DNA from: a virus
Direction: 5' to 3' (one strand)
Length of the DNA: 21,200 nt
IMG/VR virus record: IMGVR_UViG_3300045988_174903
Location: 1-21,200 of that record
This document shows positions 1-6,995 of the stretch, one piece after another. The translations under genes were made by a program, and so were the position numbers. The notes beneath the pieces were generated by a model. The model was given only the letters and a program-made list of their open reading frames with translations, ran no database searches and was not told the origin of the DNA. Each line of letters opens with the position of its first letter. Position 1 is the stretch's first letter.

Positions 1-275
1 AAAGGTTTTCCGGACCGCTTGCACCATGTCCGCGCCGCCGTGGGGGAACTGATGGCCCTTGTTTTCCCATGGTCCGGCCGCTGAATGTTCCTGCGGGGTT
101 ATATTTGCAGGTGAAAAACGGCTTCCGGTTGATTTTATGTTGGGAGGACGTTTGTCCGTCTCTTGAATCCGGACGGGAAATTCCAGTGGGAGGTGGCGCT
201 GAAACCCGGTGAAGAAAAGGAACTGACCTGCCAATATGCCTGCCTGGAGTAATTCCTGCCTGTACTATTTATGTA

Positions 276-304
276 TTGACTTCATTTTGGGAAGTGTGTA
301 GTTT
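276..304 (+). promoter_or_regulatory. Candidate sigma70-type promoter for tRNA-Ser
   Basis: TTGACT (276-281), 17-nt spacer, TAGTTT (299-304). It ends about 24 nt upstream of the mature tRNA 5' end. Confidence 0.3.
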
Positions 305-327
305 CTTTTCCACACATTACCCAAGAC

Positions 328-420
328 GGAGCGGTGGCTGAGAGGCTGAAAGCACTCCTTTGCTAAAGGAACGTACTGGCAAAACCGGTACCGAGGGTTC
401 GAATCCCTCCCGCTCCGCCA
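328..420 (+). tRNA. tRNA-Ser (anticodon GCU), type II tRNA with long variable arm and encoded CCA
   Basis: Acceptor stem GGAGCGG / CCGCTCC. Anticodon loop TTGCTAA, giving anticodon GCT. Long extra arm GTACTGGCAAAACCGGTAC. T-arm GAGGGTTCGAATCCCTC. Discriminator G followed by CCA at 418-420. Confidence 0.9.
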
Positions 421-487
421 CTTTTTTATTACGCTAGAGCACGGAAAGCCTGATTTTACAAGGTTTCCGTGCTTTTTTATTACGCTA
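421..487 (+). repeat. 16-bp exact direct repeat CTTTTTTATTACGCTA (421-436 and 472-487) bracketing a hairpin
   Basis: Read directly from the sequence. The first copy abuts the tRNA CCA end. The second copy begins inside the terminator 3' arm and U-tract. Confidence 0.85.
438..480 (+). terminator. Rho-independent terminator downstream of tRNA-Ser
   Basis: 10-bp stem AGCACGGAAA (438-447) / TTTCCGTGCT (464-473), followed by TTTTTTATT. Confidence 0.6.
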
Positions 488-512
488 CATTACCACAGAA
501 AACGGAAAGGTT

Positions 513-552
513 GCTGTACAAGTGGCTGTACAAGTTTTAAAAATTGTACAGT
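513..552 (+). promoter_or_regulatory. Cluster of three TGTACA-core sites upstream of int (candidate operator or arm-type sites)
   Basis: GCTGTACAAGT at 513-523 and 525-535 (tandem, 12-bp period). One inverted copy, TTGTACAG, at 544-551, which is 5 nt before the int ATG. Confidence 0.4.
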
Positions 553-556
553 TCAT

Positions 557-1744
557 ATGGCAGGAATTATCAAAAGAAGCAATAAATGGGTGGCCGTCTT
601 CAAGACGCTGGACGGCAAAGAGGTCAGGAAAACCACTCGTATCGACGTGGTTCCAAAGGTTATTCCTCCCGGGGCAAACAAAAGAGCGGTCATAGCGCAA
701 AACGAGGCCAGGGCTCGCCTTATTGCCGAAGAGCTTGAGCATGGACACAAGACCGGCTTTGTTGACTCGCAGCGGCTCAAAGCTATCGCTGGCGGAGATG
801 TTCAGGCGGCCAGCCTTGGCAGAAAGGCCGTGAGCGTTGGAGCGTATCTCCATGAATGGCTGCAATCACGATCCGGCAAGATTCAGGCACACGAAAGAGA
901 CGGGAAGGCCATCAAGCAGTTTATTTTGTTCCTGGGGAATGATGGAGGGCAAGCCATAGCCTCCATCAACAAAGACACCGTGAGACGGTTTGCGGAGACA
1001 GAAATGGAGCGCGTGTCATCCGGTACAGTATCAAGGTATCTCGAATCTCTTTCCTGCGCGTTCAATCAGGCTGTCGAAAAAGAATTGATCATCTCCAATC
1101 CTTTCAGGGGAGCCAGGCTGGACAAGAAAAAAAAGCAGGACGACAAACAGGAGCGCAACGCGTTCACCGTGGAAGAAGTCAAGAGGCTGGTAGAAATTTT
1201 ACCGGGTGAATGGCCGGACATGATACGGGTATGCCTTTATACGGGCGGCCAGCGTTTGGGCGATATTGCCACCCTCAGATGGGAGCAGGTCAACCTTGAC
1301 GGTGGACTGATTGCCATGACCTCACAAAAAACCAAGCGGCGCATGAACAAGCCCATCATCCGACCGCTGAAAGAGATTTTGGAAGAGAGGGAGAGATATT
1401 CCATCAATGAATTTGTGTTCCCTTTGGCCGCCATGAAACACGCACAAGGCGGCGGGAAGTCCAGCAAGCTCTCTCTTGAGTTTACCGGACTTCTGAAAAA
1501 ACACGGCATCATTTCTGCCGGGGAAAGGAAAGGGAAGGGAGACAAGCGCGTGCTGTCTGAAAAAAGCTTTCACAGCCTGAGGGCGACCGCGGTGACGATT
1601 TTGCGGTTGGCAGGGGTGCCGGCGGACTTGTGCCGTTTTATTGTAGGGCATGACTCTGAAGAGATTGAACGGGTATATTTCCGGCCCGACTCGCAGGATG
1701 TCGTGCATGCAATAGAGGAAATATCCAGCAAGATTGTTTTGTAA
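557..1744 (+). CDS. int: Tyrosine recombinase / phage integrase
   Basis: 395 aa. C-terminal catalytic region has R (TGGQRLGD...LRWEQV), HSLRAT, VGHDS and a terminal Y (ERVYFRP). Sits adjacent to a tRNA gene. Confidence 0.9.
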   Translation: MAGIIKRSNKWVAVFKTLDGKEVRKTTRIDVVPKVIPPGANKRAVIAQNEARARLIAEELEHGHKTGFVDSQRLKAIAGGDVQAASLGRKAVSVGAYLHEWLQSRSGKIQAHERDGKAIKQFILFLGNDGGQAIASINKDTVRRFAETEMERVSSGTVSRYLESLSCAFNQAVEKELIISNPFRGARLDKKKKQDDKQERNAFTVEEVKRLVEILPGEWPDMIRVCLYTGGQRLGDIATLRWEQVNLDGGLIAMTSQKTKRRMNKPIIRPLKEILEERERYSINEFVFPLAAMKHAQGGGKSSKLSLEFTGLLKKHGIISAGERKGKGDKRVLSEKSFHSLRATAVTILRLAGVPADLCRFIVGHDSEEIERVYFRPDSQDVVHAIEEISSKIVL

Positions 1745-1847
1745 TCCTCTCGGGAGGAATTTGTCATCACGTGAACGGATAATCGATGACACAACGTCTT
1801 ACCGGAGTCACAAGACATCAAATCTCATGAAAAAACAGGAGTTTCTA

Positions 1848-1865
1848 CCCCCCCCCCCCCCCCCC
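1848..1865. repeat. C18 homopolymer tract (intergenic)
   Basis: 18 consecutive C residues counted directly, between the int stop (1744) and the accessory island. Confidence 0.95.
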
Positions 1866-1930
1866 GCATTATAACGCTTTAAATGCTAGCGTGTTAGGAG
1901 AAAAAATATCAGCAAGAAAGGGTTACGTCC

Positions 1931-2077
1931 ATGTCAGGTAACGTGATGCTTGTGTTTTTCTTGCTGGCTGTGCTTTTCGGGGCTACTTGTTTCGGTCTCG
2001 GCATTGTGGAAGGTTGCCGGAGGACAATTAAAAAAATACTGAGGAATATTTCAAAGGGGGCTGGGACAGAAGAATAG
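1931..2077 (+). CDS. Small (48 aa) single-pass membrane peptide; below the ORF-track size cutoff
   Basis: Runs from ATG 1931 to TAG 2075-2077. Translation: MSGNVMLVFFLLAVLFGATCFGLGIVEGCRRTIKKILRNISKGAGTEE. It has one hydrophobic helix followed by a basic tail. There is no homology evidence. Confidence 0.35.
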   Translation: MSGNVMLVFFLLAVLFGATCFGLGIVEGCRRTIKKILRNISKGAGTEE

Positions 2078-2164
2078 GATATTCGTTTCTTATTTATAAT
2101 TAAACAATTATACTTCATAAAGAATTGTTTTGTCATAAAAAAGATGAAAAAAGATGCATCTTTA

Positions 2165-2193
2165 TTGACATGGGTTACTATAACCCGTATATT
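2165..2193 (+). promoter_or_regulatory. Near-consensus sigma70-type promoter for the RHH gene pair
   Basis: TTGACA (2165-2170), exactly 17 nt, TATATT (2188-2193). The ATG at 2201 lies 7 nt after the -10 element. Confidence 0.5.
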
Positions 2194-2200
2194 CGGGGTC

Positions 2201-2440
2201 ATGCCGAACCAACATGACCCGGCTAAACGGACTTTAGCAGTATACCTTTCACGCGAGAAGTATTATAAGATTAAGAGGTTAGCAGCGAAACATCATATCA
2301 GCATGTCAGGGCTACTTGAAATTCTGATAGATCGAGCTGTATGCGACATAGAATTAGAACCAGAAGATTATGAAAAAATTGCCAAAGAAATTCGAGATGC
2401 AAAAAATAGAAAAAAAACCGATTACCGTAAGACTAAATGA
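2201..2440 (+). CDS. Ribbon-helix-helix (Arc/Mnt/CopG-like) DNA-binding protein
   Basis: Strand-helix-helix pattern: KRTLAVYLSREKYYKIKRLAAKHHISMSGLLEILIDRAV. The track ORF starts at 2144. The ATG at 2201 is preferred because the promoter lies inside the longer ORF. Confidence 0.6.
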   Translation: MPNQHDPAKRTLAVYLSREKYYKIKRLAAKHHISMSGLLEILIDRAVCDIELEPEDYEKIAKEIRDAKNRKKTDYRKTK

Positions 2441-2609
2441 ATGGACGATAAAAAAATTGTCTAAAGTCTCACAAGAAAACCATCGTTCTTTGTCGGCTCA
2501 AATCAGTTTTTTTGTCGATCAAGGTTTAAGTAACCTCGATAATAGATTAAGTGTTGAAGATGAAATTTTCAGGAAATCCTCTGCTAATTTTTTTAAAGAA
2601 AAGGTTTAA
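2370..2609 (+). CDS. Second ribbon-helix-helix DNA-binding protein, overlapping the first in another frame
   Basis: KPITVRLNEWTIKKLSKVSQENHRSLSAQISFFVDQGL has the RHH pattern. An alternative start is the ATG at 2397. Confidence 0.55.
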   Translation: MKKLPKKFEMQKIEKKPITVRLNEWTIKKLSKVSQENHRSLSAQISFFVDQGLSNLDNRLSVEDEIFRKSSANFFKEKV

Positions 2610-2617
2610 GTAACCTT
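2521..2617. repeat. Two exact copies of AAGGTTTAAGTAACCT (2521-2536, 2601-2616), each an inverted repeat AGGTT-N5-AACCT; candidate operator pair
   Basis: Read directly. The second copy has 6-bp arms, AAGGTT/AACCTT (2601-2617), and overlaps the stop codon of the second RHH gene. Confidence 0.5.
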
Positions 2618-2653
2618 GAGTTGAAACCAGTAATCAACACCATCATGAATGAC

Positions 2654-3139
2654 CTATCTCAGCAAGTCGGGATTCTTTTTGAGATACTCCCAGGCAACAT
2701 CTGTGATGTTGACGTCAAACCCGGACACAATGCTTCCGTACAAGGAATGTCGAATAAGAACGCCGGCTTCTATCAGACCATTTACGACGCCGTCCCTATC
2801 ATCAAATCTCTGTGTTCGAGTATCGAAGAAGATATATCCAAGCAGAATGTCTTTCTCTTTTTGAGTGAGAGCATGGAGACGCTTGATCACCTTTTTACGG
2901 GATTTTGCCTTGGAGCGAGAGGTTTTGATAGTGTTCCAAACCTTTTCCAGCAGGGCGCAGCCGGAAATAAGGAACACGAACCCCGCAATATCGCGGTAAT
3001 CATGGGTCGAATAGCTGATATGCAGGGCCTCAAGGAGGCTTTGAGGAGCGAAAAGATAAACTCCTGCTGCGGAAAAGATTATGCCTGCATAATTGCAAGC
3101 GAATTTAAGCAATTCTGCCAAGTATTGGGGAAAAATCAT
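2654..3139 (-). CDS. sieB: SieB-family superinfection exclusion protein
   Basis: 161 aa. Two N-terminal hydrophobic helices, a basic linker, then LTQKEKDILLGYIF...DGVVNGLIEAGVLIRHS...VAWEYLKKNPDLL. This matches my recollection of the SieB (PF14163) signature. Confidence 0.7.
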   Translation of the reverse strand: MIFPQYLAELLKFACNYAGIIFSAAGVYLFAPQSLLEALHISYSTHDYRDIAGFVFLISGCALLEKVWNTIKTSRSKAKSRKKVIKRLHALTQKEKDILLGYIFFDTRTQRFDDRDGVVNGLIEAGVLIRHSLYGSIVSGFDVNITDVAWEYLKKNPDLLR

Positions 3140-3211
3140 GGATACAGAGAATAGGCTTAAACGGAAGTAGAGGCAATAGCGTTTACATCAAAGACAAACA
3201 AGAAAAAACAT

Positions 3212-3427
3212 ATGAATACACCATACATCACCAGCGAGGAACTACGCAAGACCCTGAACATTAGCAAGGGTTCTCTAGTTCGACTTAATAAGGAAGGTTG
3301 TCCCCGTGTTTATTTTTCCGGCGGGCTGGGAGGAAAAGGAACACACCCGCGTTACAAACTTGACGAAGTAACGGCGTGGCTTGAGAAAAGATCTCAAGAA
3401 TTTTTGAAGAAAGGAGGGCGAAAATGA
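3212..3427 (+). CDS. Excisionase/AlpA-like HTH (HTH_17-type) DNA-binding protein
   Basis: 71 aa. ITSEELRKTLNISKGSLVRLNKEGCP...YKLDEVTAWLEKR has the typical Xis-family layout. First gene of the plus-strand early operon. Confidence 0.55.
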   Translation: MNTPYITSEELRKTLNISKGSLVRLNKEGCPRVYFSGGLGGKGTHPRYKLDEVTAWLEKRSQEFLKKGGRK

Positions 3428-3612
3428 GCATCGAATACGACGAAGAAGACCGCTGCATCCGTGTGGATGATGTAGCTGTGAGTCACGCAGATGCCGAACG
3501 GCTGATGAACGAACACGAAACCGCAGCCGCGGCCCTCGAAAACGCCCTGGTGCGGTACGAACGGGACCATGCCACGACGGACAACCCTGACGGACACAAC
3601 GACGACTTTTGA
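3424..3612 (+). CDS. Hypothetical acidic protein
   Basis: 62 aa. ATGA start/stop overlap with the upstream gene, and a GGAGGG Shine-Dalgarno (SD) sequence upstream. Confidence 0.5.
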   Translation: MSIEYDEEDRCIRVDDVAVSHADAERLMNEHETAAAALENALVRYERDHATTDNPDGHNDDF

Positions 3613-3620
3613 CCAAAGCC

Positions 3621-3962
3621 ATGAACGGGAACGAAAAAACGATAGCCAGCCTTGCGGATGCCTTGGAAGTGCTGTCCGGAGTGCTGAGGGAATTGGCGGA
3701 CACTCCGGTTCCTTCCTCGGCTGAAGCGTCAAGCGTCGGAATGAATAATTTTGTTCCGGTAGATGAATTCGGAAGCGCAAAAGACTGCGCCGAACGGTTC
3801 CACTACTCCGTCAGTGGTATTACTCCTTATTTGTCGGAAGGGGTGAGGCTTGGGAAAATTACCAAGATGACGCCTATGAACAATCAACGGGGCAGGAAGG
3901 GCGAAGCACGCTTCAACATGCGCGAAGTCAGAGATTTTCTCTCCAACCAATCAAAACAATGA
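3621..3962 (+). CDS. Hypothetical protein with C-terminal Xis/HTH_17-like segment
   Basis: ATG 3621 is preferred over the TTG at 3609. C-terminus: ERFHYSVSGITPYLSEGVRLGKI...ARFNMREVRDFL. Confidence 0.5.
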   Translation: MNGNEKTIASLADALEVLSGVLRELADTPVPSSAEASSVGMNNFVPVDEFGSAKDCAERFHYSVSGITPYLSEGVRLGKITKMTPMNNQRGRKGEARFNMREVRDFLSNQSKQ

Positions 3963-4342
3963 CCACACATCAACACATCATCGACCGGGGGCCCTACAAG
4001 GGCATGGTGGAAACACTCACCAACAACCCGCACCCCGCCAAAACGGCGCGCTGCTACATGTGCGCCGAACCGCTGAACGCCTCGTCTTCGTGGGTGTCCC
4101 TGGTAGGGGACCATCAGGACGGAGTCTTCTGCGCCCGCTATCTGTGTCGCCTGTGCGCCCGGGAGCGTCTCAACGGCATCCCTGACGAAGCGGAGCGCTG
4201 TTGGAACTACACCCAGGCCGCACAATCAAAAGACCTCCTCTCCAAAATCCTCGCTTACCTGATTTTGTGGTGTGGAGTAATTGCCGCTGGAGGAGGATTT
4301 TTATTCTTAATTTTCCTCCTGCTCAAAACACTTTTTAACTGA
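3959..4342 (+). CDS. Cys-rich protein with C-terminal transmembrane anchor
   Basis: 127 aa. Contains CYMC...CARYLCRLC and a C-terminal hydrophobic helix, ILAYLILWCGVIAAGGGFLFLIFLLL. ATGA overlap with the previous gene. Confidence 0.5.
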   Translation: MTTHQHIIDRGPYKGMVETLTNNPHPAKTARCYMCAEPLNASSSWVSLVGDHQDGVFCARYLCRLCARERLNGIPDEAERCWNYTQAAQSKDLLSKILAYLILWCGVIAAGGGFLFLIFLLLKTLFN

Positions 4343-4363
4343 ACCCAATAGAACAAAAACACC

Positions 4364-4972
4364 ATGCAAAGAAACGAATGCAAGCCCGGAACCGAAGTCA
4401 TTATCCGGGGAAAGATCAAAGAAGATGACGGAACTGATTTACACCCTATCATTGTTGATATCCACGGTAGCAAAAGAGAGGAAATTAGGTGCCTTGATCC
4501 TTCCCAACTTGAGCCTGCCCGGACGAAATACGACCCGGCGCGGAAATACCGCAAGGGGGATTTGGTGCGAATCACCGGATTTCACGGGAGACTTTTCGGG
4601 TGTGGAGGTAATCGGGAGTTGTCCAAAGGTAGCAAAATTGGAACCCAAATTGTACTTCATGAAGACGAGATTCCGGGAGGGGATGTTAGCCTCCCTGATG
4701 GCTTGTTACTAAACAAGAACAATTACCTTTCCGTTGCTTGCATTGAGCTTGTCAAGCCCATTGAAGAAATTGAAGCGGAACAGCCTTATTACGTTGAGGA
4801 AGAGGACGATTCATTTGGTGTTTGGTTTAAAAAAGACTCTGAAATTGTCTTGAGAATGCACTGCGTGTCTTTCGGAGACGGGCGCGAAGTGACACGAGAA
4901 GAGGCCCTAGAGAAAGCCTTGGAGCTTTGCGACGAACTGAACCGCAAGCATCAGGAATCCCTGAATGCCTAA
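4364..4972 (+). CDS. Hypothetical protein
   Basis: 202-aa ORF in operon context. No motif recognised. Confidence 0.5.
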   Translation: MQRNECKPGTEVIIRGKIKEDDGTDLHPIIVDIHGSKREEIRCLDPSQLEPARTKYDPARKYRKGDLVRITGFHGRLFGCGGNRELSKGSKIGTQIVLHEDEIPGGDVSLPDGLLLNKNNYLSVACIELVKPIEEIEAEQPYYVEEEDDSFGVWFKKDSEIVLRMHCVSFGDGREVTREEALEKALELCDELNRKHQESLNA

Positions 4973-5038
4973 AAAGCAGTTGGCCGGGGTCCGTTGGCCC
5001 GGACTCCCGGCCTTGTTACACAGAACCATGCAAAGATT

Positions 5039-5971
5039 ATGAGTAACGCACCTACACATAAACTAGATTTGCCCCAGGCGCCAGTCCCGAAAAAGACACT
5101 CCATGAAATTGTGATGTCGGAGGACATGAAGAGACACATTGCCCAGCTTGTAGAGGGCATGATGACGCCGGAACGCTGTATCAGTATCTTCTGGCACTGC
5201 TGCCAGAAAACCCCACTCCTTCAGCAATGCGCCCCTGTAACGCTGATTGCATCCCTGAAAAACCTGCTGATGATGCGTTGTGAGCCTGACGGCATCCACG
5301 GCTATCTTGTTCCTTTTTGGAGCAATGATAAGGCAAGCGGCCGGTCTGTATTGACCTGCGTTGCTGTCCCCTCCGCCCGCGGCCTGATGCGTATGGCCCG
5401 CTCCAATGGCGTCACCAACCTCAATATTGGAATTGTGAGAGAGGGGGAGCCATTTTCCTGGGGCCTGGAAGAAGGAAAATTCGCAATGGGCCACATCCCG
5501 GAATGGGATGACAGCACGGCGCCCATCAGGGGTTTTTATTGCACCTGGACAGACAAGGACCTCTACCTACACGGGGAACGCATGAGCCTGCGCGCCGTGG
5601 AGGAAATCAAGGCCCGCACCAAGTCCCGGAACAAGGAAGGGGAAGTAGTAGGTCCGTGGGTGACTGACTTCGGGCAAATGGGGCTCAAAACGGTCATCAA
5701 GCGTGCCTCCAAGCAATGGGATTTGCCCCTCTACATCCAAGAAGCCATGAGCAGCGCCGACGATCAGGAATTTGGAAGCGAAATGCGGAATGTAACCCCG
5801 TCCAAGGATGAAAACGAGGAAATAGACCCCTTTAACCCGCCCAAACCGGAGGAAAAACGGCCTACGGCATCGGAGGCATTACCGCCTCCAAATGATGATA
5901 CCGATGATTTTTTTGGAAGTCTGAAGGAGCAGGAGCGTGAGTATGTGCCAGCCAATAGAGAGGACTACTAA
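5039..5971 (+). CDS. recT: RecT-family single-strand annealing recombinase
   Basis: GYLVPF...ARGLMRMARSNG...IVREGEPF...GFYCTW...MSLRAVEEIKARTKS...GPW...MGLKTVIKRASKQWDLP matches the RecT (PF03837) pattern. The track ORF opens at TTG 4994; ATG 5039 is preferred. Confidence 0.8.
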   Translation: MSNAPTHKLDLPQAPVPKKTLHEIVMSEDMKRHIAQLVEGMMTPERCISIFWHCCQKTPLLQQCAPVTLIASLKNLLMMRCEPDGIHGYLVPFWSNDKASGRSVLTCVAVPSARGLMRMARSNGVTNLNIGIVREGEPFSWGLEEGKFAMGHIPEWDDSTAPIRGFYCTWTDKDLYLHGERMSLRAVEEIKARTKSRNKEGEVVGPWVTDFGQMGLKTVIKRASKQWDLPLYIQEAMSSADDQEFGSEMRNVTPSKDENEEIDPFNPPKPEEKRPTASEALPPPNDDTDDFFGSLKEQEREYVPANREDY

Positions 5972-5975
5972 AGTT

Positions 5976-6656
5976 ATGTTAGACCTTGAAAATATAGTTA
6001 TTTACGAGGATGTCCCACAACGGAGCGACCTATGGTTTAAATTGCGTTCCGGTCATCTGACCGCCAGCAACTTTGACCGACTGATCACTCCCAAAACCGG
6101 GAAGCCGTCAGCCCAGCAGGATGATTTAATCATCGAACTGTGCTGCTCCTGTCTGCGTCCGGATGAAATAACCTTTGAAGGCAATTTTCACACGGATCGC
6201 GGGGAAGCCCTGGAACCGGAAGCCCGTGAGCTTTTCGCGACCTTGACCGGCAAAGCGGTAAAAGAAGTTGGATTTATCCGCCGCAAAACGGCCCCTATCG
6301 GGTGCAGCCCTGACGGACTTGTTTTTGAAAATCTGGAAGACGGGCTTGATCTTGTGATAGCTGGACTTGAGATCAAGTGCCCTCTCTCCAAGCATCATGC
6401 CCGGTATCTGCTGGACGGCGTGCTGCCGGACAAATACAAGCCGCAGGTGCACGGCTCCATGGCTGTGACTGGCTTGCGGGCGTGGTATTTCCTTTCCTAC
6501 TGCCCCGGACTGCGCCCGTTTTTGGTCAAAGTGAAATGGGACGAGTACACCGACCGCATTAAGGCGGCTCTGGACGAATTCGGCCCAAAATACCTTGACG
6601 CTTACACTCGGATCATGCCGGCAATCCGCCCGGCCGTAGAAGGGAGGGCGGCATGA
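5976..6656 (+). CDS. YqaJ/lambda-exonuclease-family recombination exonuclease
   Basis: WFKLRSGHLTASNFDRL...GCSPDGLV...LEIKCP motifs. Partner of RecT. ATG 5976 follows the RecT stop. Confidence 0.8.
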   Translation: MLDLENIVIYEDVPQRSDLWFKLRSGHLTASNFDRLITPKTGKPSAQQDDLIIELCCSCLRPDEITFEGNFHTDRGEALEPEARELFATLTGKAVKEVGFIRRKTAPIGCSPDGLVFENLEDGLDLVIAGLEIKCPLSKHHARYLLDGVLPDKYKPQVHGSMAVTGLRAWYFLSYCPGLRPFLVKVKWDEYTDRIKAALDEFGPKYLDAYTRIMPAIRPAVEGRAA

Positions 6657-6994
6657 GAGCCAGGGCAAGAGCTATCCATCGGCCCGGCGTGATGAACAAG
6701 ACGGAAGCCGCCTATGGCTTTTACCTGTCTGACCTCCAAAACAAGGGGGAAATACGGGAATTTAAGTTTGAAGCCGTCAAACTGATCTTGGGGAACCGCT
6801 GCTCATACACGCCGGATTTCATGGTTGTCCGCCCAGACGGCACTCTTGAATTCCACGAAGTGAAAGGCTTTTGGCGCGACGACGCCAGGGTAAAAATCAA
6901 GACCGCCGCCGACAAGTTCCCCTTTGTTTTTATCGCTGCCAAGCAGACAAAAACGGGTTGGGAAATCGAAACAATCCAGGAAGGAGAAAATTGA
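6653..6994 (+). CDS. DUF1064-like PD-(D/E)xK nuclease (putative resolvase-type)
   Basis: NKTEAAYGFYL...YTPDFMV...EVKG...ARVKIKTAA. ATGA overlap with the exonuclease gene. Confidence 0.55.
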   Translation: MRARARAIHRPGVMNKTEAAYGFYLSDLQNKGEIREFKFEAVKLILGNRCSYTPDFMVVRPDGTLEFHEVKGFWRDDARVKIKTAADKFPFVFIAAKQTKTGWEIETIQEGEN

Positions 6995-6995
6995 A

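Noticed and set aside
1-252. Possible 3' end of a host gene. The frame is open at 133-252, ending …FQWEVALKPGEEKELTCQYACLE-stop.
   Set aside because: The frame is closed by stops at 82, 112 and 130. The upstream sequence looks coding only in a different frame. I cannot follow one ORF to the window edge or name a family, so it is not reported as a feature.
421-487. The 16-bp direct repeat as the attL/attR pair of this prophage.
   Set aside because: The copies are 51 bp apart on the same side of the integrase. True att sites must flank the whole element, and the right end is outside the window.
1866-1941. A change in C18 tract length fusing the polyproline mini-ORF to the 48-aa membrane-peptide ORF.
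   Set aside because: I translated both shifted frames. C19 stops at 1880-1882 and C17 stops at 1939-1941, so no fusion product is possible.
2144-2609. The RHH pair as type II toxin-antitoxin antitoxins.
   Set aside because: No toxin-sized ORF (RelE/ParE/VapC/MazF-like) is adjacent in either orientation. A repressor role fits the position better.
2621-3154. 177-aa plus-strand ORF covering the same DNA as sieB.
   Set aside because: It is the antisense shadow of the minus-strand ORF, which has two clear TM helices and the SieB-like C-terminal signature. The plus-strand product has no motif and starts at TTG.
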